From an uncultured bacterium (GTDB taxonomy: Bacteria; Patescibacteriota; Gracilibacteria; UBA1369; PNNO01), in contig OY969931.1 of assembly GCA_963704705.1 (NCBI GenBank), forward strand, positions 1,020,001 through 1,052,000: a stretch of DNA of 32,000 bases, given 5' to 3'. Positions within the stretch are counted from its first letter, which is position 1. Every line of letters starts with the position of its first letter. Shown here piece by piece: positions 20,434 through 29,679 of the stretch. The notes below the pieces were generated by a model. The model made no database searches. It was given only the letters and a program-made list of their open reading frames with translations, and was not told the origin of the DNA. Both the position numbers and the translations under genes were made by a program.

Positions 20434-20985
20434 GACTCTGAGAAGTCATCAATCTGCTGGACCCCTATTTTGTGGGCCTTTAACGCTAACATCCTTGGTG
20501 TGAGGAGATGCGCTTTTATATCCAGCAAATCTTCCTTTCTCAGAGCACCCTGTTCGGTACTAACAACTAGCATTGTCCTTGCAACGACACACATTTTTTT
20601 ACGCTTTTTTTCGGCGAGCAGTCATGCCAGCCACACAAGAAGGGAGGCTAACTTCAGGGGGCACATGCATTTCACCTGTTTCGCCGCATTCCAGGAGCGG
20701 AAGCAGGAAACACCCCTGGTGAGTGTGGGGTCGGACACTCAGACCGGCTACTCCAGGTCTTCTTGCTCATACCGGAAGATGAACAACAGGGGGAAAGTCT
20801 GCGTTCATCAACGGTTCCACAAGCAGCTCAAACCTTTTTGCGTAATTTGGTTGGGATCGTTCGAAGGACGTTGCTGTTCCTAGTCGCTAAGAAATTACTT
20901 AATCTATGAACAGGGATTTCAAACATTCTCACATAAATAGAAATACAATCGAAAACATCGATATATCAACTATATTAAAGTGGTA
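20401..20985 (-). ncRNA. Candidate large structured non-coding RNA of unknown family (5' end uncertain)
   Basis: GC-rich intergenic block (about 20405-20890) against AT-rich surroundings; nested long-range helices CTCTGAGAA(20436-20444)/TTCTCAGAG(20537-20545) and TGCTGGA(20455-20461)/TCCAGCA(20521-20527); hairpins GATGAAC(20778-20784)/GTTCATC(20803-20809), GAGTGT(20721-20726)/ACACTC(20735-20740), AGACC(20741-20745)/GGTCT(20756-20760); minus-strand terminator; no convincing protein. Confidence 0.65.
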
Positions 20986-20991
20986 ATGGAT

Positions 20992-21019
20992 TTTATAATT
21001 AAATCCGATTCAAAGTCAA
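20992..21019 (-). promoter_or_regulatory. Candidate promoter for the minus-strand ncRNA
   Basis: On the minus strand TTGACT (21019-21014), 16-nt spacer, TATAAA (20997-20992). Confidence 0.5.
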
Positions 21020-21062
21020 TTGGATTTCTGCTATTATTACACGCGAATTAATCTTTATAAAA

Positions 21063-22649
21063 ATGATTCGAACACGTTTTGCACCATCACCAACAGGATA
21101 TCTGCATGTAGGAGGCCTCCGAACCGCTTTGTACAGCTATTTATTGGCTAAAAAAAATAACGGTCAATTCATATTAAGAATAGAAGATACAGACCAAAAA
21201 CGTGAAGTTGAGGGTGCAACAGCTCATTTAATTGAAATGCTTGAATGGGCTGGATTGAATCCGGATGAAGGTCCAAGTAAAGGTGGCCCTTTTAAGCCAT
21301 ATATTCAATCGCAAAGGACTGAAATATATAAAAAATATGCAGAAGAATTATTGGAAAAAGGCCATGCTTATAGATGTTTTTGCACAGCTGAAAGACTTAC
21401 AGAAATGCGCGAACAACAGGAAAAAGCCAAAAAAGCACCAATGTACGACAGACATTGTCTTTATTTAAGTGATGAAGAAATCCAAAAAAATCTGGATGAA
21501 GGAAAACCCTTTGTTGTACGCCAAAAAATTCCATTAGAAAAACTGGTTAAATTTAAAGATTTGGTTCGCGGAAACGTAACTTTTGCAGCAAAAACACTTG
21601 ATGATCAGGTTTTATTAAAATCTGACGGATTTCCTACCTATCAACTTGCTAATGTAATTGATGATCATTTGATGGAAATAACTCATGTTATAAGAGGCGA
21701 AGAATGGCTTCCATCAACACCAAAACACATACTTTTATATGAAGCTTTAAAATGGAATCCACCTGAATTTGCGCACATTCCCCTGCTTTTAAACAAAGAT
21801 CGCAGCAAATTAAGTAAGCGTCAGGGCGATGTTTCTGTTGAAGATTATATTAATAAAGGTTATTTAAAAGAAGCTATCATTAATTTTATTGCATTTTTGG
21901 GGTGGCATCCGGGAGGAGACAGTGAAACTGAAATTTTCAACCTTGAAGAACTGGTTGAACACTTCAGTTTAGAAAAAGTTCATAAAGCCGGAGCTATTTT
22001 TGACCTTGAAAAACTTGATTGGTTCAATTGGCAATGGAAACGAAGAATTTTCCATGACGATTTACATGAATTTGCAAAAAAACTCGACCAGAAAGTTGAA
22101 ATTCACAGTCCTAAAAAAGGAGAATTTATTTATAATTTTTCTGATAAGAAAATTGCACATGAATTCTTTTTACACAGAACAGATGAGCTTAAAAAAATGT
22201 GCTTTAATTCGCTTGCAGATGCCTATAAACAAGAAGACGAAAAACTACGTAAAGCACTTGTAACAGTTGAAGAAAAAGTTCTCAGAGATCATAAAAATAT
22301 AAATGAGTATATTAAATTTTATTTTGAAGATATTGATTACGGAGTTGAACTTTTGACTCATGAAAAAATGAAGGTGGATTTTGAAACAGCGAGTACTTCC
22401 CTATCTAAAATTTTGGAGAAATTTGAAAATTTTGATGATTTTGATGACGAAGAAAAAATAAAAGAACTTTTAATAGGTGTTGTTGAAGAAACAGGGCTAA
22501 AAAACGGTCAAATATTTTGGCCATTGCGTTCAGCTTTAACAGGTGAACAGTTCTCTCCTGGTGTTTTTGAAGTTGCATGGGTTATAGGAAAAGATTTATG
22601 TTTGGAGCGCATTAAAAAAGCGTTAGAAAAGCTTGAAAAAGCATCTTAG
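21063..22649 (+). CDS. gltX: Glutamyl-tRNA synthetase
   Basis: RTRFAPSPTGYLHVGGLRTALYSYLLA, RIEDTDQKR, GEEWLPSTPKHILLYEAL, KLSKRQGD. Confidence 0.97.
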   Translation: MIRTRFAPSPTGYLHVGGLRTALYSYLLAKKNNGQFILRIEDTDQKREVEGATAHLIEMLEWAGLNPDEGPSKGGPFKPYIQSQRTEIYKKYAEELLEKGHAYRCFCTAERLTEMREQQEKAKKAPMYDRHCLYLSDEEIQKNLDEGKPFVVRQKIPLEKLVKFKDLVRGNVTFAAKTLDDQVLLKSDGFPTYQLANVIDDHLMEITHVIRGEEWLPSTPKHILLYEALKWNPPEFAHIPLLLNKDRSKLSKRQGDVSVEDYINKGYLKEAIINFIAFLGWHPGGDSETEIFNLEELVEHFSLEKVHKAGAIFDLEKLDWFNWQWKRRIFHDDLHEFAKKLDQKVEIHSPKKGEFIYNFSDKKIAHEFFLHRTDELKKMCFNSLADAYKQEDEKLRKALVTVEEKVLRDHKNINEYIKFYFEDIDYGVELLTHEKMKVDFETASTSLSKILEKFENFDDFDDEEKIKELLIGVVEETGLKNGQIFWPLRSALTGEQFSPGVFEVAWVIGKDLCLERIKKALEKLEKAS

Positions 22650-22682
22650 AACACTTAAAATTGTACTACTTAATATCAATAC

Positions 22683-22979
22683 ATGCATTTTGAGAATATA
22701 AAAGAAGTTGTCAGGCATTTAAAAAAGACTTTGCCATGCAAAAACTGTAAAAAAATTTACAGATATAAAGACATAAGCGTGGTTGTTGCCACTCCAAACG
22801 AAGGAATTTTTGCATTAAGATGTAATAAATGTAAACTTACAACATTGGCAGAGGTATCAATAAATTCCGAAAGAGAACATCGCTCGATTGTAACAAAAAA
22901 CGATGTATCTCAAATGCACGAATTTCTTGAAACCTTTAATGGAGATTTCAAATCATTATTTAATTCATCTAAAAAATAA
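22683..22979 (+). CDS. Small putative zinc-binding protein with two CxxC pairs
   Basis: 98 aa, LPCKNCKKIYRYKD...ALRCNKCKLTTL. Confidence 0.55.
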   Translation: MHFENIKEVVRHLKKTLPCKNCKKIYRYKDISVVVATPNEGIFALRCNKCKLTTLAEVSINSEREHRSIVTKNDVSQMHEFLETFNGDFKSLFNSSKK

Positions 22980-22982
22980 CCT

Positions 22983-23246
22983 ATGAAAAAACTTATTTCT
23001 GTAATTTTTACCAGCATTTTGCTTATAACTATTACAGGGTGCCAGGAAGCACAAAATCTTGCTGATGATGCAAAAAAATCAGCAGACAATCTTACAAACG
23101 GCGTAATGGAAACTAAAGATAATATTGAAAATACTGTTGATGGAGTAAAAAATGCAGCAGATCAGGTAAATAATACTGTAAACGGTATCAAAGATACTAC
23201 CAAGGGCATCTCTGATGCTTTGGGAGGCGATAAAGATAATGAATAA
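22983..23246 (+). CDS. Small lipoprotein with amphipathic helical repeats
   Basis: Signal peptide and lipobox LISVIFTSILLITITGC, then repeated KDNIENTVDGVKNAADQVNNTVNGIKDT-like units. Confidence 0.65.
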   Translation: MKKLISVIFTSILLITITGCQEAQNLADDAKKSADNLTNGVMETKDNIENTVDGVKNAADQVNNTVNGIKDTTKGISDALGGDKDNE

Positions 23247-23949
23247 ATTCAAAGTACAATTTCACGCTCATACAAAAAGTGATCCAGAGGATTGCTTATT
23301 TCATACTGATAAAGATTTAATTGATGAAGCAAGTAAGCATGGATACGATGTTTTGGCTATAACATGCCATAATAAAATTGTTTTTAATAAAGAACTTGAA
23401 GAATATGCCAAGCAAAAAAACATTCTTTTAATTCCGGGAATTGAAAAAAGTGTTTGCAAGAATCATGTAGTTATTATTAATGCAAAACCCGAAGCTGAAA
23501 ATATTCACGACTTTGAAGCTTTGGAAAAATATAAAAATGAAAATCCTGATTCTTTGATTTTTGCTGCACATCCTTATCATCCATTCCCTCTTGGTGTTTT
23601 GAGTCTTAAATCAAATCTCGATAAATATAATCATTTATTTGATGCAATTGAGTACAGCAGTTTCTATTCAAAAAACTTTGATTTTAATCAAAAAGCGGTT
23701 GCTGCTGCAAAAAAATATAATAAACCAATGATCGGAACAGCTGATAATCATGTTCTTGAATTTTTGAATCATACTTATTCTTATGTTTACGCTCCTTCCA
23801 AATCAAAAGAAGATATAATAAACGCTATTAAAAAGGGAAATGTTGAAATTATGAGCAAACCGATGAATTTATTGAGAATAGCTGTGATGACTCTTAGACT
23901 TACATTTTTAGAATATGGACGGAAATTTATAAACCTTTTTAGAAATTAG
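23239..23949 (+). CDS. PHP-domain metal-dependent phosphoesterase
   Basis: MNKFKVQFHAHTKSDPEDC..., DVLAITCHNK, FAAHPYHPFPLG, IGTADNH; ATG at 23239 overlaps the previous stop region. Confidence 0.75.
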   Translation: MNKFKVQFHAHTKSDPEDCLFHTDKDLIDEASKHGYDVLAITCHNKIVFNKELEEYAKQKNILLIPGIEKSVCKNHVVIINAKPEAENIHDFEALEKYKNENPDSLIFAAHPYHPFPLGVLSLKSNLDKYNHLFDAIEYSSFYSKNFDFNQKAVAAAKKYNKPMIGTADNHVLEFLNHTYSYVYAPSKSKEDIINAIKKGNVEIMSKPMNLLRIAVMTLRLTFLEYGRKFINLFRN

Positions 23950-23953
23950 TCGC

Positions 23954-23982
23954 TTTAAATAAAGGCTTTTTCGTGGTATAAT
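23954..23982 (+). promoter_or_regulatory. Candidate promoter for the pta-ackA-AMP module
   Basis: TTTAAA (23954-23959), 17-nt spacer, TATAAT (23977-23982), about 25 nt upstream of pta ATG. Confidence 0.45.
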
Positions 23983-24007
23983 ATATTGAAATAATTAATA
24001 TAAAATC

Positions 24008-25021
24008 ATGAAAAGTTTTTTACGTTACGTTAAAACAATTGCCAAACAAAACCCTAAAAGAATTGTTATGCCCGAAGGGTTTGAACCGCGCGTTCTTAAA
24101 GCTACCGAAGTAGTTTTAAAAGAAAAAACAGCTTACCCGATTTTAGTTGGCGACCCTGCTGAATTGAAAGAATTGGCTAAAAAGTACGGTGCAAAAATAA
24201 ACTGGAATAAAGTGGAAGTTGTAAATAATAAAGATCCTGAGGTAATAAAAAGATATGCAAAAAAATTCTATGAATTAAGAAAAGAAAAAGGAGTTACAGA
24301 AGAAGATGCAATGAAAATAGTACAAAGTTTTAATTATTTTGGAACTATGATGGTGTATATGGGTGATGCTGATGGAATGGTTTCAGGTACAACATATTCA
24401 ACCGCTGAAACTATCAGGCCTGCATTGCAAATAATTAAAACAAAAGAAAAATTTCATAAAGTGTCAGGAGTTTTCTTTTTGGTTTTGGAAAACAGATTGT
24501 TATTATTTGCAGATACTGCGGTAACTATAGATCCAAATTCACATGACCTGGCTGATATAGCTATTGATACCGCTGAAACAGCAATGAAATTCGGTTTAGA
24601 ACCTAAAATAGCCATGCTTTCTTTTTCAACTGCAGGAAGCGCAAAACATCCTTTTGTTGATAAAGTCCGTGAAGCAACAGCGCTTGTAAGAAACGAAAAA
24701 CCCGAGCTAGTTGTTGAAGGAGAAATGCAGGTTGATGCAGCTTTAGTAAAAGATGTATGTGAAAAAAAATTCCCAAATTCAGTACTTAAAGGTAATGCTA
24801 ATATTTTAATTTTCCCTGATTTGCAGGCTGGCAATATCGCATATAAGTTAGTTGAAAGACTTGCAAAAGCAAAAGCTATCGGACCTCTTCTGCAAGGGCT
24901 TAAAAAACCTATAAACGACTTGTCGCGCGGTTGCAATTATAAAGATATTTCCAATTTAGTTGCATTCACAACTTTGGAAGCTGCTGATAAAAAAATTAAG
25001 CACAAAAAATTCTTATCATGA
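24008..25021 (+). CDS. pta: Phosphate acetyltransferase
   Basis: PKRIVMPEGFEPRVLKATE, MVSGTTYSTAETIRPALQIIKT, MLSFSTAGSAKHPFVDKVREAT, GEMQVDAAL, NILIFPDLQAGNIAYKLVERLAKAKAIGPLLQGLKKPINDLSRG. Confidence 0.95.
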   Translation: MKSFLRYVKTIAKQNPKRIVMPEGFEPRVLKATEVVLKEKTAYPILVGDPAELKELAKKYGAKINWNKVEVVNNKDPEVIKRYAKKFYELRKEKGVTEEDAMKIVQSFNYFGTMMVYMGDADGMVSGTTYSTAETIRPALQIIKTKEKFHKVSGVFFLVLENRLLLFADTAVTIDPNSHDLADIAIDTAETAMKFGLEPKIAMLSFSTAGSAKHPFVDKVREATALVRNEKPELVVEGEMQVDAALVKDVCEKKFPNSVLKGNANILIFPDLQAGNIAYKLVERLAKAKAIGPLLQGLKKPINDLSRGCNYKDISNLVAFTTLEAADKKIKHKKFLS

Positions 25022-26169
25022 ATATTTTAGTAATAAATGCAGGTTCATCTTCACTTAAATTCCAGTTATTAAACAAAAAACTGGAGCCTATATTTAAAGG
25101 GATAGTTGATGGAATTGGAAAAGATGCCTGTTTTGTTAAATACAATGACAAAATATATAAAAAGAAAATTAAAAATCATGAACAAGCAGTAAAAGAAGCA
25201 CTTTCAATAATTGGTGATAATAAAATAGATGCAATTGGCCATCGTGTTGTTCATGGCGGAGAAAAATATCATGATGCTACTTTGATTACACCAAAAGTTA
25301 TTAAAGAAATTGAAAATTTGATAGAACTTGCACCGCTTCACAATCCACCAAACCTTGAAGGAATAAAAGCATGTAAAAAATTATTAAAAGGAATTCCAAA
25401 TGTAGCTATTTTTGATACTGCATTTCATCAAACCATTCCAAAAAAAGCATACACTTATGCAATTCCACAAAAATATTATAAAAAATACAGCATAAGGCGC
25501 TATGGTTTTCACGGTACCTCTCATAAATATATAGCTAATGAAACTTATAAATTATTGAAATCTAAAAAAGGTAAAATCATAACCTGTCATCTTGGTAATG
25601 GTTCTAGTATAAGCGCAATTAAAGATGGAAAATGTATTGATACTTCCATGGGGTTTACTCCATTGGAGGGTGTGCCTATGGGAACGAGAAGTGGATCAAT
25701 TGATCCGGCAATCGTCTTTTATTTAATGGAAAAAGAAAGAATTTCCACAGATGAAATCGACACAATCCTTAATAAAAAATCAGGTATTTTAGCGGTTAGT
25801 GAAATAAGTAATGATGTAAGAGATATCCGGGCAAAAGCAAAACAAAAAAATAAAGCAGCATTATTCACTTTAGAATATCTTGCATATAAAATAGCTCTTA
25901 AAATTGGCGCATACGCCGCGGCACTCAATGGTGTTGATGCAATAACTTTTACAGCAGGCATTGGTCAAAATGCATGGTATTTAAGAAGAGATATTTGTAA
26001 TTATTTAAAATATCTTGGAGTAAGATTAGATAATGTAAAAAATAGAAAGTCAAAAATTAAAATTTATGATAAGATGAGCAAAGTGAAAGTTTTCGTTATA
26101 AAAACTGATGAAGGCCTTCAAATTGCCCACGAAGTAAAAAAAATACTTAACAAAAAAATTCATGATTAA
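25018..26169 (+). CDS. ackA: Acetate kinase
   Basis: ILVINAGSSSLKFQL, GHRVVHGGEKY, FDTAFHQTIP, RRYGFHGTSHKYI, CHLGNGSSISAIKDGKCIDTSMGFTPLEGVPMGTRSGSIDP. Confidence 0.97.
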   Translation: MNILVINAGSSSLKFQLLNKKLEPIFKGIVDGIGKDACFVKYNDKIYKKKIKNHEQAVKEALSIIGDNKIDAIGHRVVHGGEKYHDATLITPKVIKEIENLIELAPLHNPPNLEGIKACKKLLKGIPNVAIFDTAFHQTIPKKAYTYAIPQKYYKKYSIRRYGFHGTSHKYIANETYKLLKSKKGKIITCHLGNGSSISAIKDGKCIDTSMGFTPLEGVPMGTRSGSIDPAIVFYLMEKERISTDEIDTILNKKSGILAVSEISNDVRDIRAKAKQKNKAALFTLEYLAYKIALKIGAYAAALNGVDAITFTAGIGQNAWYLRRDICNYLKYLGVRLDNVKNRKSKIKIYDKMSKVKVFVIKTDEGLQIAHEVKKILNKKIHD

Positions 26170-27643
26170 ATTGAAACCTATACGAATCCCTATGAGAGTC
26201 GGCAATAAATATATTGCTGTAGTTAATGAAACAACAGCTGCGCAACTTGACGTAAGAGCAGCGGACAGAGTTGATTTAAAAATTGGAAGAAGGGAATTAA
26301 CATGCATTCTTGATATAAATGAAAGAAAAGATATTAAAGATAATCAGGTTGGATTATTTGCAGAGACATGGGATAAATTAAAAACAAAATCTGGCGATGA
26401 AATAACTTTAGTACCTGCTCCAAAACCTGAAGCTGACACATATATTAAGAAAAAACTTGAAGGAGGAACTCTCACAAGAGATGAAATTGATGTAATTGTT
26501 AGAGACGTTGTTAATGATGATCTATCTGACATTGAAATGACCTATTTTGTAAGCGGATGTTTTTGTATGGGACTTAGTGACGATGAAACAGCAAATTTAA
26601 CTCGTTCAATTGTTAGTCATGGAGATCAAATTATAATAAAAAATCGTATTGTAATGGATAAACACTGCATTGGTGGTGTTCCGGGTAATCGCACAACTAT
26701 GGTTGTGGTTCCAATTATAACTTCGCTTGGATATTACATGCCAAAAACTTCGAGCCGTGCAATTACGAGCCCTGCCGGTACTGCTGATACTATGGAGGTA
26801 CTGGCAAACGTTGTTAATCATGCAGACAAATTACGGAAAATATTAAAGAAAACTAATGGATTTATTACATGGGGCGGCGGAGTCGATCTAGCTGCAGCTG
26901 ATGATAAATTAATTAAAGTAAGATACCCGCTAAAACTTGATCCGCAGGGAATGCTTCTTGCTTCAATAATGGCAAAAAAATTCTCTGTATCATCAAATCA
27001 TGTAATTATTGATATACCATGGGGTGAACAGGGTAAAGCAAAGAACAAAAAAGACGCTAACGCATTAAAAAAGAGATTTCTTGCAATTGCAAAACTACTC
27101 GGAATGAAAATGAAAGTTGTTCTTACTTCTTCTGATCAGCCAATTGGTTATGGAATCGGACCGCTTTTAGAAGCCGAGGATGTATTAAAAGTTTTAAAAA
27201 ATGATCCTGATGCACCGCAGGATTTAAGAAAGAAAGGACTAATGCTTGCAACTGAATTATTGTATTTAACAGGCAAATATCCTCTTAAATCAAGCGCTAA
27301 AAAAGCAGCAAAAAATGCACTTAAATCAGGAAAAGCTTATGATCAGTTTATGAAAATAATAAAAGCACAGGGTGCAAAAAAAGGTACTAAATTAGGTGAA
27401 TTTACATACACTGTAAAAGCAGGTAAAAACGGAAAAATAAGCAGAATTGATAATAAATTAATTGCTTCGGTTGCCAGACAGGCAGGTGCTCCTCTTGATA
27501 AGGGTGCAGGAGTTTTTGTTTATAAAAAACTAGGTGAAAAAGTGAGAAAAGGTGAAAAACTTTATACTGTCTATGCTGAAAATAAAAACCGTATAGATTA
27601 TGTAAAGAAACTTGCGATTAATAAAGTGTACTCAATTACTTAA
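26162..27643 (+). CDS. AMP phosphorylase (archaeal-type, thymidine phosphorylase-related)
   Basis: Extra N-terminal domain plus DKHCIGGVPGNRTTMVVVPIITSLGYYMPKTSSRAITSPAGTADTMEVLANV, ITWGGGVDLAAADD; the 493-aa size with this N-terminal extension fits AMP phosphorylase rather than short DeoA. Confidence 0.88.
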   Translation: MIKLKPIRIPMRVGNKYIAVVNETTAAQLDVRAADRVDLKIGRRELTCILDINERKDIKDNQVGLFAETWDKLKTKSGDEITLVPAPKPEADTYIKKKLEGGTLTRDEIDVIVRDVVNDDLSDIEMTYFVSGCFCMGLSDDETANLTRSIVSHGDQIIIKNRIVMDKHCIGGVPGNRTTMVVVPIITSLGYYMPKTSSRAITSPAGTADTMEVLANVVNHADKLRKILKKTNGFITWGGGVDLAAADDKLIKVRYPLKLDPQGMLLASIMAKKFSVSSNHVIIDIPWGEQGKAKNKKDANALKKRFLAIAKLLGMKMKVVLTSSDQPIGYGIGPLLEAEDVLKVLKNDPDAPQDLRKKGLMLATELLYLTGKYPLKSSAKKAAKNALKSGKAYDQFMKIIKAQGAKKGTKLGEFTYTVKAGKNGKISRIDNKLIASVARQAGAPLDKGAGVFVYKKLGEKVRKGEKLYTVYAENKNRIDYVKKLAINKVYSIT

Positions 27644-27648
27644 TATTT

Positions 27649-28509
27649 ATGGAATATCAGGAAATAATTGATAAAATTAAATCTCTTGAAATACAGGGGG
27701 CTCGAAATATTGCAATTGCTGCTGTTGAAGCATTTGGAATGAAATTGAAGGAAACTCAGGATGAAGCTGAATTAAAAAAAGCTCATGATGAGCTTGTTGC
27801 AACACGCGCAACAGAACCCGGCCTTAGAAATGCCTTGAAATTCTGTATTGAAAATTATAAAAACGATCCTGATATTGCAGAAAAAGCAAAAAAACACTTT
27901 GAAGAAGCAAAACTTAAAATTGCTGAATACGGGGCTAAAAAAATACATGATGGAATGAAGGTTTTTACACATTGTCATTCGTCAACTGTATGCGCGATTT
28001 TAGAAAAAGCATGGGATGACGGTAAAAGATTTGAAGTTTATAACACTGAAACACGTCCAAAATTTCAGGGACGCAAAACAGCAACTAAATTAGCTGAAAA
28101 AGGCATTCCGGTTACTCACTTTGTGGATAGTGCGGGCAGATCAATGCTTCGAAAATGTGATTTATTTTTGTTTGGTTGTGATGCTGTTACTTCTGAAGGT
28201 AAACTTATAAATAAAATCGGAACTGAAATGCTTGCTGAAGCAGCACACGAAAGCAGAGTTGATGCTTATTCATGCACAAATTCCTGGAAATTTGACCCTG
28301 CGACTTTATTTGGCACAGAAGAAGAAATTGAAGAGCGTGATCCTAATGAAGTATGGGAAAATCCTCCAAAAGGTGTGAAAATTTATAATCCTGCATTTGA
28401 AATAACATCACCTGATTTATTCACAGGCGTAATTACAGAGCTCGGAATTTATAAAGGAGAAGCCCTTGTTGAAGCAGTCAAAGAGGAATATCCATGGATG
28501 TTCAAGTAA
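27649..28509 (+). CDS. Ribose-1,5-bisphosphate isomerase (eIF-2B alpha family)
   Basis: IKSLEIQGARNIAIAAVEAF, THCHSSTVCAILEKA, YNTETRPKFQGRKTA, FGCDAVTSEGKLINKIGTEMLA; directly follows AMP phosphorylase. Confidence 0.85.
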   Translation: MEYQEIIDKIKSLEIQGARNIAIAAVEAFGMKLKETQDEAELKKAHDELVATRATEPGLRNALKFCIENYKNDPDIAEKAKKHFEEAKLKIAEYGAKKIHDGMKVFTHCHSSTVCAILEKAWDDGKRFEVYNTETRPKFQGRKTATKLAEKGIPVTHFVDSAGRSMLRKCDLFLFGCDAVTSEGKLINKIGTEMLAEAAHESRVDAYSCTNSWKFDPATLFGTEEEIEERDPNEVWENPPKGVKIYNPAFEITSPDLFTGVITELGIYKGEALVEAVKEEYPWMFK

Positions 28510-28548
28510 GAATAGTGTAAAATAGGTTTTGAAAATTTCTAAAACCAT

Positions 28549-29673
28549 ATGAAAAAGAAAAACATCCTTATTTTATATGCGAAAATGGGAAAGGGGCATT
28601 ATAGCGCCTCAATGGCAACTAAAGAGGCAATTATGCAACTTTATAAAGATAAATATAATGTTGAAATTGTGGATTTTTTTGGAATGGTTAATGAAGGTTT
28701 CAGTAATTCAACTGCAAAAGCATATGATGGAACCGTTAAGCATATGCCAAATTTTTATAAGATATTTTTTGAATGGACTGATGAAGAATGGAAAGTTAAA
28801 TTCATAAATACAATTAATTATCTTTCGCTTTCAACAGCATTTAAAAAACTACTTAAAAAACAAAATCCTGATATTATTATCTCTACTTTTCCGATTTGGG
28901 ATTATGCAATTGCCAAAATGTGGAAAAAAGAACATCCGGGTGCAAAGTTTATTAATATAATTACTGACTCAATCTCAATTCATAAAGCATGGCTTATCGC
29001 AGATGCTGATTACAGAATTGTTCCAAATGAAGATACAGCTAAAGTATTAATGAACAAAGGTGTTGATCCTAATAAAATTAAAATACTTGGATTTCCTGTT
29101 GATTTAACATTCAATAAATCTATCGACAAAAAAAATGTTCTTAAATTTTTAGGATTAAATCCAAAATTATTTACAGTATTAATATTTGCTAATATCGGGA
29201 ATAACAGAAGAAACCAAAAACTATTAGAAAGTATTATCTTTGGTAAAAGAGATTATAATGTAATTATTGTTACAGGCCGCAACGAAACTTTAATGCCTAA
29301 AATCGAACATATGAAATTCGAAAAGAACGTTGCGATTCTCGGGTGGACAACAAATGTTCCCGAATTGATTTTATCAAGCGATATTATTGTTACTAAAGCA
29401 GGCGGAGCAACAGTTATGGAATGCGTTGCAGCACAAAAACCCATGATAATTACTCAGGTTATTCCTGGCCAGGAAGAAGGTAACGCTAAATTAATCGAAA
29501 AACACAGTCTTGGAATTATTCTTGAAAACGGTAAAAAGGGAATAACGAATCTTCCTGAGCATATAAAAAGTATAAGAAAAGAATATAATAAATATAAAAC
29601 AGCTTTAAAAAAGCAGAGCAAACCGGAGGCTGCTCTGCAAATTGCTAAACTGATTGATTCTGAACTTTCATAA
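28549..29673 (+). CDS. MGDG synthase-like/UgtP-like glycosyltransferase
   Basis: ILILYAKMGKGHYSASMATKEAI, FTVLIFANIGNNRRNQKLLESI, SSDIIVTKAGGATVMECVAAQKPMIITQVIPGQEEGNAKLI. Confidence 0.85.
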   Translation: MKKKNILILYAKMGKGHYSASMATKEAIMQLYKDKYNVEIVDFFGMVNEGFSNSTAKAYDGTVKHMPNFYKIFFEWTDEEWKVKFINTINYLSLSTAFKKLLKKQNPDIIISTFPIWDYAIAKMWKKEHPGAKFINIITDSISIHKAWLIADADYRIVPNEDTAKVLMNKGVDPNKIKILGFPVDLTFNKSIDKKNVLKFLGLNPKLFTVLIFANIGNNRRNQKLLESIIFGKRDYNVIIVTGRNETLMPKIEHMKFEKNVAILGWTTNVPELILSSDIIVTKAGGATVMECVAAQKPMIITQVIPGQEEGNAKLIEKHSLGIILENGKKGITNLPEHIKSIRKEYNKYKTALKKQSKPEAALQIAKLIDSELS

Positions 29674-29679
29674 ACTGGC

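Noticed and set aside
20361-20594. Minus-strand ORF (77 aa) inside the GC-rich block
   Set aside because: Reads through the terminator hairpin and U-tract, has no family resemblance, and its composition follows the structured RNA; likely spurious.
20470-20883. Plus-strand ORF (137 aa, MWAFNANILGVRR...)
   Set aside because: Cys/Ser/Arg-rich, no recognisable domain, lies antisense over the structured ncRNA candidate with its hairpins; judged a chance ORF.
20401-20900. Possible tmRNA, SRP RNA, or group I/II intron
   Set aside because: No tmRNA T-arm plus CCA end or alanine-rich tag, no SRP GGAAGCAGC core, no intron catalytic domain motif or intron-encoded protein could be recognised by eye. 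A covariance search is needed to be definitive.
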